Origin: a virus
Lineage: Duplodnaviria; Caudoviricetes
Direction: 5' to 3' (one strand)
Length of the DNA stretch: 27,039 bases
IMG/VR virus record: IMGVR_UViG_3300041403_000630
Span: 1 to 27,039 of that record
Positions 17,650-25,434 of the stretch are shown here, one piece after another. The notes below the pieces were generated by a model that saw nothing but the letters and a program-made list of their open reading frames with translations, made no database searches and had not been told where the DNA came from. Every line of letters starts with the position of its first letter. Position 1 is the first letter of the stretch. A program made the translations under genes and the position numbers.

Positions 17650-17965
17650 CCTCCAGCAGCATCGGGGTCCTATCTCCCGCGTACAGCTGGCGGATGTTGT
17701 AGTCGATGTGGTCTAGTGCCTCCTCGAGGTCGAGTCCGTCGTCGAGGAACTTCCGTACAAGTCGGGCATGGGAGTAGACGGCGACGGCGGTGGCACCGCA
17801 CTGCTGTCCAAACCCGACGAGCGCGTCGTCGAGCCCGTCGAAGATGACGGCACCTTCCAGCCATTCGCCGCTATGGTGTCGATCTGTTTCGTCGCTTGCT
17901 CCTTCGTCAGCTGCGAGCCGTCGATACCGTACCGGCCGAGCAGGTCCATCTGCTTGAGCGTGCAT
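17630..17965 (-). CDS. Conserved small phage protein (DGxDDAxxG...YN...GxxTP family); start uncertain, overlaps the helicase 3' end
   Basis: FDGLDDALVG..AVYS..DGLDLEEALDHIDYNI..YAGDRTPMLL is a recurrent phage family pattern. The plausible part starts only near 17860; the nearest in-frame ATG is 17965. Confidence 0.6.
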   Translation of the reverse strand: MHAQADGPARPVRYRRLAADEGASDETDRHHSGEWLEGAVIFDGLDDALVGFGQQCGATAVAVYSHARLVRKFLDDGLDLEEALDHIDYNIRQLYAGDRTPMLLEDGHDLV

Positions 17966-19470
17966 AGTCCGCGTTGCCTCCTTGCGATTATGTTCTTGAT
18001 TGCTGCCTGAGCCTGTCTCTTGCTCAGCTGCGATCCGTCGATCCCGTTGCGGCTCAGCATATCGAGCTGCTTGTCACTCGGCTGTTCCTGGAATCCAATC
18101 GACATCTCTTGCTCGAGCTGCGGCAGCACCCCGAACACGTCGATCGTCTTCGTTCGGTACTTGGTGCGGGCCTTGAGCTTCGCCCGCTTGGCGATCGCCT
18201 CGAGCCTGGCCTGCTCCCGCTCCTCGGCCAGCTGATCCTCAGCTTCCTCGAGCAGCTCCTCCGGTTTCACCTGGCCACGGCCTCGGGCCAGCTGCTTCGC
18301 TCGCTCCCGTGTCTCCTCCGAGTAGTCACCGCCGAGGATGTCCACTGCCTGGATCAGGTTGTGCCTGGTTGCGTTGCCGGCGAAGTCAAGGATGAGCACG
18401 TTGGGCTTCGAGCTGGCTGCGATCGCAGCACGCCGGGCGTCCGGGCTGTCCGCTGCATCATCGACGACACCAGGCAGGGGCCGGGTGCCACGCCCAATCA
18501 TCTGCATCCACAACGATTGACTCTTCGTCGGCCTAGCCAGGACGATGGCCTCGATGCCGGGGTCGTCGAACCCCTCAGTCAGCACGCCCACGTTCACGAG
18601 GATGTCGAACTCGCCGGCGGCGAACGCATCCAGGCTCTCCTTCCGCTCGAGCTTCGGCGTCTTGCCGCTCACGAATCGAGCTCGAGGTCGGTCTCGGTTG
18701 AGGATCTCGGTCAGCCGGCGGCCGGCCTCGACGGAGGCAGCGAACACCAGGGTGCGACGGTCGGCAGCGAGCTCGAGCGTCGGGCTGGCGATCGCGTGCA
18801 GTGCGTACTCCTGCTCCATGAGCTTGGCCAGGTCTTTGGCGTTGAGGTCGCCGGCGGTCGTTCGCACCTGGTCATAGTCCAGGTCCTCGACCTCGACCAC
18901 CATCTGCTCGAGGGGCACGCACCACCCGTCGGGTATGGCCTTGACCAGGCTGTAGTCATACGCCACCGTGTCGAACGCCTCGCCCAGGGCAGACTTGTCG
19001 GTCCGCTTCGGCGTGGCCGTGACGCCCAGCACCTTGAGGTTTTCGTTCTGCGTGAAGTGCTTGAGCACCCGCATCCAGGTGCTGGCCTTGATGTGGTGGC
19101 ACTCGTCGAAGATCAGCAGCGAGAACCTGGACGGGTCGAACTTCTCCATCCGCCGGCCGGCGGTCAGCGTCTGCACGCTGGCAACCACGATGTCGCCGCT
19201 GCTGAGCAGGCTGGTGCTGGCCTTCGACTCGGCCATCTCGATCTCGGGGTAGGTGCCAGTGATGAGCTCGATCTTGTTGGCAGCCTGGGTGACGAGCTCC
19301 TCACGGTGAGCGACCACCATCACCTTGCCGAGCTTGGCCATGGCGACCAGCTGCGAGAACACCACCGTCTTGCCCAGGCCCGTGGCCATGACCAGGAGGG
19401 TGGATCGGTTCGTCGTCAGCTCTCTGCATACAGCTCGCAGTGCATCTGCCTGGTACGGGCGTGGCCTCAC
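17713..19470 (-). CDS. Superfamily 2 DEAD/DEAH-box (ResIII/Irc3-like) helicase
   Basis: GTG at 19470 overlaps the upstream TGA. RPYQ, MATGLGKT, DECHH, GVTATP, VLTEGFDDP and QMIGRGTR. C-terminal PSDKQ/CTLKQ repeats ending in IAANGW. Confidence 0.92.
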   Translation of the reverse strand: MRPRPYQADALRAVCRELTTNRSTLLVMATGLGKTVVFSQLVAMAKLGKVMVVAHREELVTQAANKIELITGTYPEIEMAESKASTSLLSSGDIVVASVQTLTAGRRMEKFDPSRFSLLIFDECHHIKASTWMRVLKHFTQNENLKVLGVTATPKRTDKSALGEAFDTVAYDYSLVKAIPDGWCVPLEQMVVEVEDLDYDQVRTTAGDLNAKDLAKLMEQEYALHAIASPTLELAADRRTLVFAASVEAGRRLTEILNRDRPRARFVSGKTPKLERKESLDAFAAGEFDILVNVGVLTEGFDDPGIEAIVLARPTKSQSLWMQMIGRGTRPLPGVVDDAADSPDARRAAIAASSKPNVLILDFAGNATRHNLIQAVDILGGDYSEETRERAKQLARGRGQVKPEELLEEAEDQLAEEREQARLEAIAKRAKLKARTKYRTKTIDVFGVLPQLEQEMSIGFQEQPSDKQLDMLSRNGIDGSQLSKRQAQAAIKNIIARRQRGLCTLKQMDLLGRYGIDGSQLTKEQATKQIDTIAANGWKVPSSSTGSTTRSSGLDSSAVPPPSPSTPMPDLYGSSSTTDSTSRRH

Positions 19471-20126
19471 TCGAGCTCTTGCCTCCGCATCTTGAACACT
19501 GCGTTCGTCACCTTGCCCAGGCCATCGCATGTCTCGCACCCGCCGGGCTTGCCGCCGCAGTAGGGGCAGGTCTTCGCCGGCTTGGCTGCGTCGATCGCCT
19601 TGGTGACGTTGGCCAGGTGGACACGGATCCGGTCGATCGGAATCCAGGTGCCGTCGGGCATGGCTCGAGCTTCGGCTACCACCTGCTCGAGGGCTCCGAC
19701 CGCAGCCTTCAGTCCCTTCCAGCTCACGGTCTCGGGTGGCTTGATCTCTGCCTGGATACGCTTGGCCGTGACTGGGCCTGACTCGGCCACGGTCTCGAGC
19801 ACCTCGACCGCACGCTCGGGGCTCACGTCTGCCGCCGGCTTCAGTGCCCGGAGCTGCGCTTCGTTCAGCTCGGCGGCAACCTCGGCCGGCAGCAGTGCGT
19901 GAACCTCAGCCGCTTGCATCTGCTGGTACATGCGGCGGCCGGACTGCTCGAGCTCGGCTCGGCAGAAGTCGTCCCAGCTGTCGTACTCGAATCGCCAGAG
20001 CCGGCGGTCCCGGATTTTTTTCGCCGCCGAAATGCCCTCGAGCATGGCGTCGAAACCTACCTGGACCTTTGCCTTGAGCGCCTCGTACTCGTCACGGCTG
20101 TCGATCAGCTCGAGCTCAGCGGACAC
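19467..20126 (-). CDS. Putative DNA-binding protein with a C-terminal CxxC..CxxC zinc finger
   Basis: Start reassigned to GTG 20126. KIRDRRLWRFEYDSWDDFCRAEL..RRMYQQMQAAEV is a common phage helical motif. C-terminal CPYCGG..GCETCDGLG. Confidence 0.7.
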   Translation of the reverse strand: MSAELELIDSRDEYEALKAKVQVGFDAMLEGISAAKKIRDRRLWRFEYDSWDDFCRAELEQSGRRMYQQMQAAEVHALLPAEVAAELNEAQLRALKPAADVSPERAVEVLETVAESGPVTAKRIQAEIKPPETVSWKGLKAAVGALEQVVAEARAMPDGTWIPIDRIRVHLANVTKAIDAAKPAKTCPYCGGKPGGCETCDGLGKVTNAVFKMRRQELE

Positions 20127-20625
20127 GGATGTGCCTGCCTCGCTCCTCGTACCTGGCGAACTCGAGAGCCACGCCATCTTCCAGGTCTTTGCGGATCTTG
20201 TCGGTGTCGGGGAACACCTCGGTGCGCTGGTAATCAGCTGGCACCTCGCCGTTGATGGCGATGGGTAGCTTGCCTCCGTTCGCGCAGATGGAGACGTTGA
20301 ACGTGTCGGTCTTGATGCGGCCCAGGTTGCGACGGACCATGACGCAGTGGAGGCGGTGCTTCAATCCCTTCGCCCCGTTCGCGTCTGTCTTTGCCAGGTT
20401 GCGGATGCGGTCGGCCTCGGCCATGCGGGCCTGCGACCTCAGCTCGAGCTCACGGATGAGCTTGCAGTACCGCTCGACCTTGGTGTCGAGCTGGCCGTCG
20501 AGCTCCTCGAACCAGAGGTCGATGGTCTGCGCAACCAGGGGATCGGTGATGTCACCCTCGGCCTCGGCGAGGATCTTGTCCAGGCTCTCCATGTCCTGGC
20601 ATATGTCGATGAGCGTCCGTGCCAT
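20116..20625 (-). CDS. Siphovirus Gp157-family protein
   Basis: LDTKVERYCKLIREL..AEADRI..LK..IKTDTFNVSICANGGK..VPADY..PDTDKIRKDLEDG..ARYEERGRHIRVR. Adjacent to an annealing protein, as is usual for this family. Confidence 0.88.
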   Translation of the reverse strand: MARTLIDICQDMESLDKILAEAEGDITDPLVAQTIDLWFEELDGQLDTKVERYCKLIRELELRSQARMAEADRIRNLAKTDANGAKGLKHRLHCVMVRRNLGRIKTDTFNVSICANGGKLPIAINGEVPADYQRTEVFPDTDKIRKDLEDGVALEFARYEERGRHIRVR

Positions 20626-20637
20626 CTCTCATTCCTT

Positions 20638-21339
20638 TCAGAAGGGGGTTGATTCAGGGATCTGTTCAGCCGGCGGGGCCGCAACTGCTCGAGCCTTCTT
20701 CAGCCAGCGGAGCGGGCGATCGCCGTAGTTGTTGGGCGGGCCGGCGTCGAACTCGACCTGGTCGCCCTCGCTCGCAGCCTGGCCGACGTGCTGCTTGAAC
20801 GTGGTGAGCTTGGTGCCGTCGGTCAGCGTGATGATCCACTTGTCGAACGGCTCGCCGTCTCGGTTCGTCAGCTCCTTCTTCTCGACTGAAGAAACAACCG
20901 CCCCGCCCGGCGGGGAGGGAGCAGCCGGTTGAGGGGCTGGTTCCCTAGAGAGAGAGGGTGCCGGGCGGGGGGCGGAGGAAAGAGATGACTGTTGACTGAC
21001 TGCGGAGTATACCTCATCAGCGGATGCGATGTTGTTGCAGGCGTCGTAGCCTGCGATGCCCAGGGCCCGGCCCATCGCACTGGTCTCGGCGTTCTCGAGC
21101 GCACTGGTCTGGTTGATGTGGCTCGAGTCGCGTACCTCCTCGGCATGTCCAGCCGCCAGCAGCTCGCCCGCCTCGGTGTAGACCTCGCACCTCACGATCA
21201 CTCTAAACTCCGTCACGGTGTGCAGAGTGTTGTCGATGCGAGCGGTCGGGTGGTCGTACCTGAAGCGGGCGAGCCGACTGGCGACGGCCTCGTACGGCTT
21301 GCCCTTGATGTCCTGGATGATCGGTTGCGGTCCTGTCAT
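20638..21339 (-). CDS. Rad52/Sak-type single-strand annealing protein with a C-terminal OB-fold-like extension
   Basis: IKGKPYEAVASRLARF..GHAEE..INQTSALENAETSAMGRAL..IASADEV, then a Pro/Ser linker and a beta-rich domain ending in PESTPF. Confidence 0.75.
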   Translation of the reverse strand: MTGPQPIIQDIKGKPYEAVASRLARFRYDHPTARIDNTLHTVTEFRVIVRCEVYTEAGELLAAGHAEEVRDSSHINQTSALENAETSAMGRALGIAGYDACNNIASADEVYSAVSQQSSLSSAPRPAPSLSREPAPQPAAPSPPGGAVVSSVEKKELTNRDGEPFDKWIITLTDGTKLTTFKQHVGQAASEGDQVEFDAGPPNNYGDRPLRWLKKARAVAAPPAEQIPESTPF

Positions 21340-21340
21340 G

Positions 21341-22339
21341 TCATGTCCCCATGTTGCCGACGTAGTGGTCGGTCGCTGTCTGTTCGGTGTGTCCCAACCA
21401 CTGGTTCACTGCGGATGCGGGGTGTCCGGCCTTGCGCCAGAGTGTCGCTCGGTTCCGTCTCATGTCCTGCCAGGTGAAACGCAGGCGGGAGCTGACCTTG
21501 TTGCAGGCCTCACGCAGGACATACCCACCTTGGCCGTACGCATCGGGCGGCATGGTCAGCCACTCCCGGCCCTGTTGCTGGACCGGGTACCCGTAGAGAT
21601 AGGGGAGGAACTCGGGCTCGACACGGACCACCCGCATCCGGTTTGTCTTCTTGCTCCAGACGTCCAGGCTCATGCGATCCCGGTCGAGGAACGGCAGCTT
21701 GGCGTCGAACACCTCGGCCCGCCGCAGGCCCAGGTAGTAGCAGCTGGCCACGGCCGCTCGCCACTGCACGGTGGGCAGGTTCTCGATGACTGCCTCGAAG
21801 TAGGCGGGGTCGATGTGCACCGGCTTCGGCTCGGCTCGCTTGTGCGTGGTCTTGAAGCTGTCAGTCACTGGGTTCTTCTCGACCAGGTCGTCGAGCACTG
21901 CGATCTTGAACAGCTGCTTGAGCTCGCGTGCGTACTTGCGGAGTGTGTTCTCCGCATGGCCGGCGGTCCGCATGGCCTCGAGGAATCGGTGGATCTCGGC
22001 GCTGGTGATCTTGCCCAGGTCGTCGGCCTGCTCAGTGTCCAGTCCCATGGCGAACCGCTCCGCCGTCTTGCGGATGCGGGCAGGTGCCAGGGCGATGAGG
22101 TCGGTGATGGGCGTGGCCGGCGTGCTCGTCTCGAGCTCGAGCTCAGCTACCCAGGCGAGCAGGCGTGCGCTGGCCTGCCGTTCGGTGATCTTGTTCGCGT
22201 TGCCCAGGCACTTGCGTCGGGCACGGGCCGCATCGGCTGGCCGGTACCTGCCGTACCAGTAGCCGCCCTGCTTGTAGAGGGTCGGCGGTGTCGTTGTGTT
22301 GTCGGCGAGGCTTGCGGCCAGTTGCATCCAGCTCGGCAT
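21341..22339 (-). CDS. Tyrosine recombinase / integrase
   Basis: Arm-like N-terminus, core-binding region (ITSAEIHRF..NTLRKY..KQLFKIAV..KNPV), catalytic GLRRAE, SKKT, QDMRR, WLGH and TDHY. Confidence 0.9.
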   Translation of the reverse strand: MPSWMQLAASLADNTTTPPTLYKQGGYWYGRYRPADAARARRKCLGNANKITERQASARLLAWVAELELETSTPATPITDLIALAPARIRKTAERFAMGLDTEQADDLGKITSAEIHRFLEAMRTAGHAENTLRKYARELKQLFKIAVLDDLVEKNPVTDSFKTTHKRAEPKPVHIDPAYFEAVIENLPTVQWRAAVASCYYLGLRRAEVFDAKLPFLDRDRMSLDVWSKKTNRMRVVRVEPEFLPYLYGYPVQQQGREWLTMPPDAYGQGGYVLREACNKVSSRLRFTWQDMRRNRATLWRKAGHPASAVNQWLGHTEQTATDHYVGNMGT

Positions 22340-22383
22340 GTTTGCTCCCTTCGTGTGGTAGGTGATGAGGGACGGACGCCCGC

Positions 22384-22412
22384 ATCATAACGAGCTCCGT
22401 GGAAGTTGGCAA
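22384..22412 (-). promoter_or_regulatory. Sigma70-type promoter P5 (integrase/replication operon)
   Basis: TTGCCA-17 bp-TATGAT on the minus strand, intergenic, 45 bp upstream of the integrase ATG. Confidence 0.75.
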
Positions 22413-22428
22413 CGGTCGAGGTCGTGCG

Positions 22429-23334
22429 TCATGCCGCTGCTCCGAACAGGGTCAGCTGGGTCAGCTCTCGCTGGCCTCGCAGCTCGTCGGCCAGAGCTCG
22501 AGCGTTGACCTGGTTGACCGTGCCGTCGGCGTTGACCAGGCCGTGCTCGTCGCACCACTCGTGCCAGGCGAAGGTGAAGCCCAGCCCCTTGCAGGTCGTG
22601 TTCTTCTCCGCGTGCTTGCCGGTGAGCCAGGTCCGCTCCATCCGCCACGCTCGCTCGAGCAGGTCAGGGTGCTCGGCTCCGAGCCGGGCGATCTCCCACT
22701 TCTGGCTGGCCGGGCAGAAGAAGCAGGCGCTCTTCTCCGGGACCCGCAGCCCGGCGGCAGCGATCCGTCGCTTGCACTCTTCACGGTCCCAGCCCCAGTC
22801 TTGCAGCGGGTACCACCGCTCGGCCGGCCGGCCGCCGATCGTGGTTTCGTGCTTGTCAGCTCGAGCTCTCCGCTTGAGGTCGGCCGGGCTGTTGTCGTAG
22901 CCGATGACTTGGAGCGGAGGCTCGCCGGCCCAGGCCTCGTCCCGCTCCGGCCAGGCCCGAGTCAGGTAGGCCTCGATGGTGTCGGCCTTCCACTTGATCG
23001 AGCAGCCGTGACGCTGGAACCCGAAGGCGATGCTCGGCAGTGTCTCGTTGTCGAGGCAGTTCTCCTCGAGCGTGGTGTAGGTCGTGCCTCGCCGGGTGAT
23101 GTGGTCGTATCGCTTGACCCTGGTCACGGTCGGGAACCCGACGCTCTCGAGCCAGCGGTCGAAGTAGTCGAGGTACTCGTAGGTCCAGGGTGCTTCGTTG
23201 CCGACGTCGGCGAAGACGATCGCGTCAGGCCGGACGCCGAGCCGGGCGAGCTCGACCAGGATAGCGGTCGAGTCAACGCCGCCGCCGTAGTTGACGATCA
23301 GCTTTCGGCCTAAGTTTCCAGGGGTTTCGTCCAT
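22429..23334 (-). CDS. PAPS-reductase-like (adenine nucleotide alpha-hydrolase, PP-loop) protein
   Basis: Start reassigned to ATG 23334 after GGAG. VNYGGGVDST, FADVGNEAPWTYEY, CSIKWK, YPLQDWGWDREEC and KSACFFCP. Confidence 0.85.
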   Translation of the reverse strand: MDETPGNLGRKLIVNYGGGVDSTAILVELARLGVRPDAIVFADVGNEAPWTYEYLDYFDRWLESVGFPTVTRVKRYDHITRRGTTYTTLEENCLDNETLPSIAFGFQRHGCSIKWKADTIEAYLTRAWPERDEAWAGEPPLQVIGYDNSPADLKRRARADKHETTIGGRPAERWYPLQDWGWDREECKRRIAAAGLRVPEKSACFFCPASQKWEIARLGAEHPDLLERAWRMERTWLTGKHAEKNTTCKGLGFTFAWHEWCDEHGLVNADGTVNQVNARALADELRGQRELTQLTLFGAAA

Positions 23335-23377
23335 GTCGTTGCTCCGTGGTAGGCGAGCGGGCCGGTCCCGCACTTGG

Positions 23378-23406
23378 ATGGTACGGGAGCCGGCCCAGTA
23401 TGTCAA
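23378..23406 (-). promoter_or_regulatory. Sigma70-type promoter P4
   Basis: TTGACA-17 bp-TACCAT, intergenic. Confidence 0.8.
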
Positions 23407-23412
23407 CCCCTA

Positions 23413-23601
23413 TCAGCTGCGATCTTCGATGGCCTCTTCGATCGCAGTGGCGACGGCCAGGTAGATCGGGATGGGGCGTGGGTCGTCGGGCGTCTCGGCT
23501 GCGATGAGCTCGGCCAGCTGCCGGGCCTTGGCCACGACCTCGAGCTGGCGTGGGGTCTGGATCGCTTCGTACTTCCGGGCGGGCGTGGTCTTGGCTGGCA
23601 T
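23413..23601 (-). CDS. Hypothetical protein, 62 aa (helical, possibly DNA-binding)
   Basis: AGGAG upstream of the ATG; stop lies just before P4. Confidence 0.65.
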   Translation of the reverse strand: MPAKTTPARKYEAIQTPRQLEVVAKARQLAELIAAETPDDPRPIPIYLAVATAIEEAIEDRS

Positions 23602-23677
23602 GTTGATTCTCCTGGTTCGGGGTGGTACTGTTCGAGCAGCTCTCCCGTGGTAGGTGAGCCCTTATGGGCGGGGCGAC

Positions 23678-24115
23678 TCAGGTCGCCTCGCCCATGATCT
23701 TGCGCCGGCGGATCCACTGGTTGAACAGGGCGACCCCGTCGTTGATGAGTCGGTCGTTGAACAGGACGTTGGCGGTGAGCTTCTCGACCAGGTCGTCGGG
23801 CACGGCGATCGCATCCCCGGTCTTGACGTCGGCACGGTACAGGACCATGTCGCCGGCGAGCGGGGCCGGGTAGTTAGCCAGGGCCATGGCTCGCTGGTTC
23901 ACTCGGACGGCGGGGCGGATCCCGGTCAGGGCCAGGTCGTCGTGCCAGAGGCTGAGTCCATCCACCCCCTCGACCTCGGCGATCGAGAGGTTGGAGGTCT
24001 CGTCGCAGCCGACGGCGGCGTTCAGGTCTTGGAACCCGCCGACGTAGAGCTTGCGGCACATCTGGATGGGGTCGGCCGGGATGACCAGGGCGAGAGTCGG
24101 TGTCGAGTCGGTCAT
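23678..24115 (-). CDS. DUF3846-like protein
   Basis: Start reassigned to ATG 24115 (ATGA overlap, AGGAG SD). Pattern ALVIPAD..FQDLNAAVG..LWHDD..VNQRAMAL..PLAGDMVL. Confidence 0.65.
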   Translation of the reverse strand: MTDSTPTLALVIPADPIQMCRKLYVGGFQDLNAAVGCDETSNLSIAEVEGVDGLSLWHDDLALTGIRPAVRVNQRAMALANYPAPLAGDMVLYRADVKTGDAIAVPDDLVEKLTANVLFNDRLINDGVALFNQWIRRRKIMGEAT

Positions 24116-24783
24116 GCTGTCTCCTTGAGTGCGAGCTGGTAGTTCTTGCGGGCGGCGGTGACGTCGTTGGCTTGGCGGCTGGCGTACCAGCCGTGGCCCT
24201 CGTCGTCGGGCGTCCAGTCCACCTGGCCGACCGGCACTTGCAGGTGCCACTGTGCCTCGACCGGGCCGCTCAGCTCCTCGCACACCCGTCGGCAGGTGGG
24301 GTTCTTGCACTCGCCTCGGCTCTCTCGAGTTTCGCCTCGGCTTCGCCAGGTGTGCCGCTCGGGCACCTCGCCGCACACTGCACACGGTTCGTCGAGGCCG
24401 GCAGTCCGCTGGGCGCTGACGTACATCTTGCCGCCGCACACCTTCTCCCAGTCAGGGCCAGGGCTCGGGTTGTTCTGGGCTCGGTCGCTGTATGTCTCCT
24501 CGACCTGGGCCATCCGCATCTCGCCGGTCTTGGTGTTGAGCCAGCGGTCGCAGCTGTAGCCGTAGTCAGTCATGCTGTCGAACCGGGCGAACTGGTAGTC
24601 GTTGATCTCCTCATCGACCAGGCACTGGGCGGGGCCGCCGGTGTAGCTGACGTCCACGCTGCTGCCGCCGGCGAACTTGCTGCTGCGGACGCTGAACTTC
24701 TGGCCGGGCCAGCGTGCCTTGAGTCGCTTGCGGACGAGGGCTGCGACCTCCTTCGGTTCGATCCATCTGTAGTCTCGAGTCAT
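24112..24783 (-). CDS. LPD29 (large polyvalent protein-associated domain 29)-like protein with a C-terminal Cys cluster
   Basis: AALVRKRLKARWPGQKFSVRS..GGSSVDVSYTGGP..FDSMTDY. GGAGG SD. Confidence 0.75.
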   Translation of the reverse strand: MTRDYRWIEPKEVAALVRKRLKARWPGQKFSVRSSKFAGGSSVDVSYTGGPAQCLVDEEINDYQFARFDSMTDYGYSCDRWLNTKTGEMRMAQVEETYSDRAQNNPSPGPDWEKVCGGKMYVSAQRTAGLDEPCAVCGEVPERHTWRSRGETRESRGECKNPTCRRVCEELSGPVEAQWHLQVPVGQVDWTPDDEGHGWYASRQANDVTAARKNYQLALKETA

Positions 24784-24830
24784 GGTGTCCTCCGTGGTAG
24801 GTGGTGGGTGCTCCCCGATGGAGCACCCGT

Positions 24831-24859
24831 ATGTTAGCGGGTAGGTCAGGCCTTGTCAA
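24831..24859 (-). promoter_or_regulatory. Sigma70-type promoter P3
   Basis: TTGACA-17 bp-TAACAT; nearly identical to P2. Confidence 0.85.
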
Positions 24860-25082
24860 CCATCTCTGCCAGCATCTCTCGAACTTTGATCTCATGCTGC
24901 AACATGAGGTGCAGCAGCTGGTGCGTCCGCTTCTCCTTGCCGTCGGGCATGGTGAAGGCTCGGTCGTGGATGGTCCGCCGGAAGGCGGCGAGGTCGGCGT
25001 TGCCGATCGTCTGGATCTTGGCCTCGAGCGTGGCTCTCAGCTTGAGGTTCTCGTCGTTCAGTCCGGTCAGTTGTCGGGCCAT
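24846..25082 (-). CDS. Hypothetical protein, 78 aa
   Basis: AAGGAG SD; helical sequence; stop lies inside the P3 spacer. Confidence 0.65.
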   Translation of the reverse strand: MARQLTGLNDENLKLRATLEAKIQTIGNADLAAFRRTIHDRAFTMPDGKEKRTHQLLHLMLQHEIKVREMLAEMVDKA

Positions 25083-25200
25083 CGGTCGTCTCCTTGTCGA
25101 GGTACTCGAGCAGTCGTTCGTACTCGAGGCGGGGTAGGTGAGTCAGGCAGAGTGCGAGCCAGGCCTCCGTCGGGCTGGGGCCTTGGCAGTGTTGTCCCAT
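24892..25200 (-). CDS. Possible hypothetical protein (3' part overlaps the next gene by ~190 bp)
   Basis: ATG immediately follows the upstream TGA. The first ~40 aa look protein-like; the remainder looks like shadow translation. Confidence 0.35.
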   Translation of the reverse strand: MGQHCQGPSPTEAWLALCLTHLPRLEYERLLEYLDKETTDGPTTDRTERREPQAESHARGQDPDDRQRRPRRLPADHPRPSLHHARRQGEADAPAAAPHVAA

Positions 25201-25434
25201 TCAGTGCTCCGTGTTGTCTTCGGGTACGTTCCATCGCACCCGCTTGACCAGGCGTGCGTGCCACTTGACCGTGGCGAGTGCGTGTCTCGTGTTGCGTACG
25301 TGCTCGCCGTCTTGCCGCTTGCAGCTGAGCCAGTAGGCCGCAGCCGTAGCCATGGCCTGATCGGGACGGAGCCCGAGGGCTCGAGCGTGTGACTGCTGCA
25401 CGGTGGCGGCGTCGAGTGCGGTCAGCTTGGTCAT
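25201..25434 (-). CDS. Hypothetical protein, 77 aa
   Basis: Start reassigned to ATG 25434 (GGAGG SD, ATGA overlap). Confidence 0.65.
   Translation of the reverse strand: MTKLTALDAATVQQSHARALGLRPDQAMATAAAYWLSCKRQDGEHVRNTRHALATVKWHARLVKRVRWNVPEDNTEH

Noticed and set aside
17974-19563. 529-aa plus-strand ORF (likewise 21218-22390, 10310-11254 and other plus-strand ORFs)
   Set aside because: Antisense to clear helicase, integrase and scaffold genes. No plus-strand promoter or SD support.
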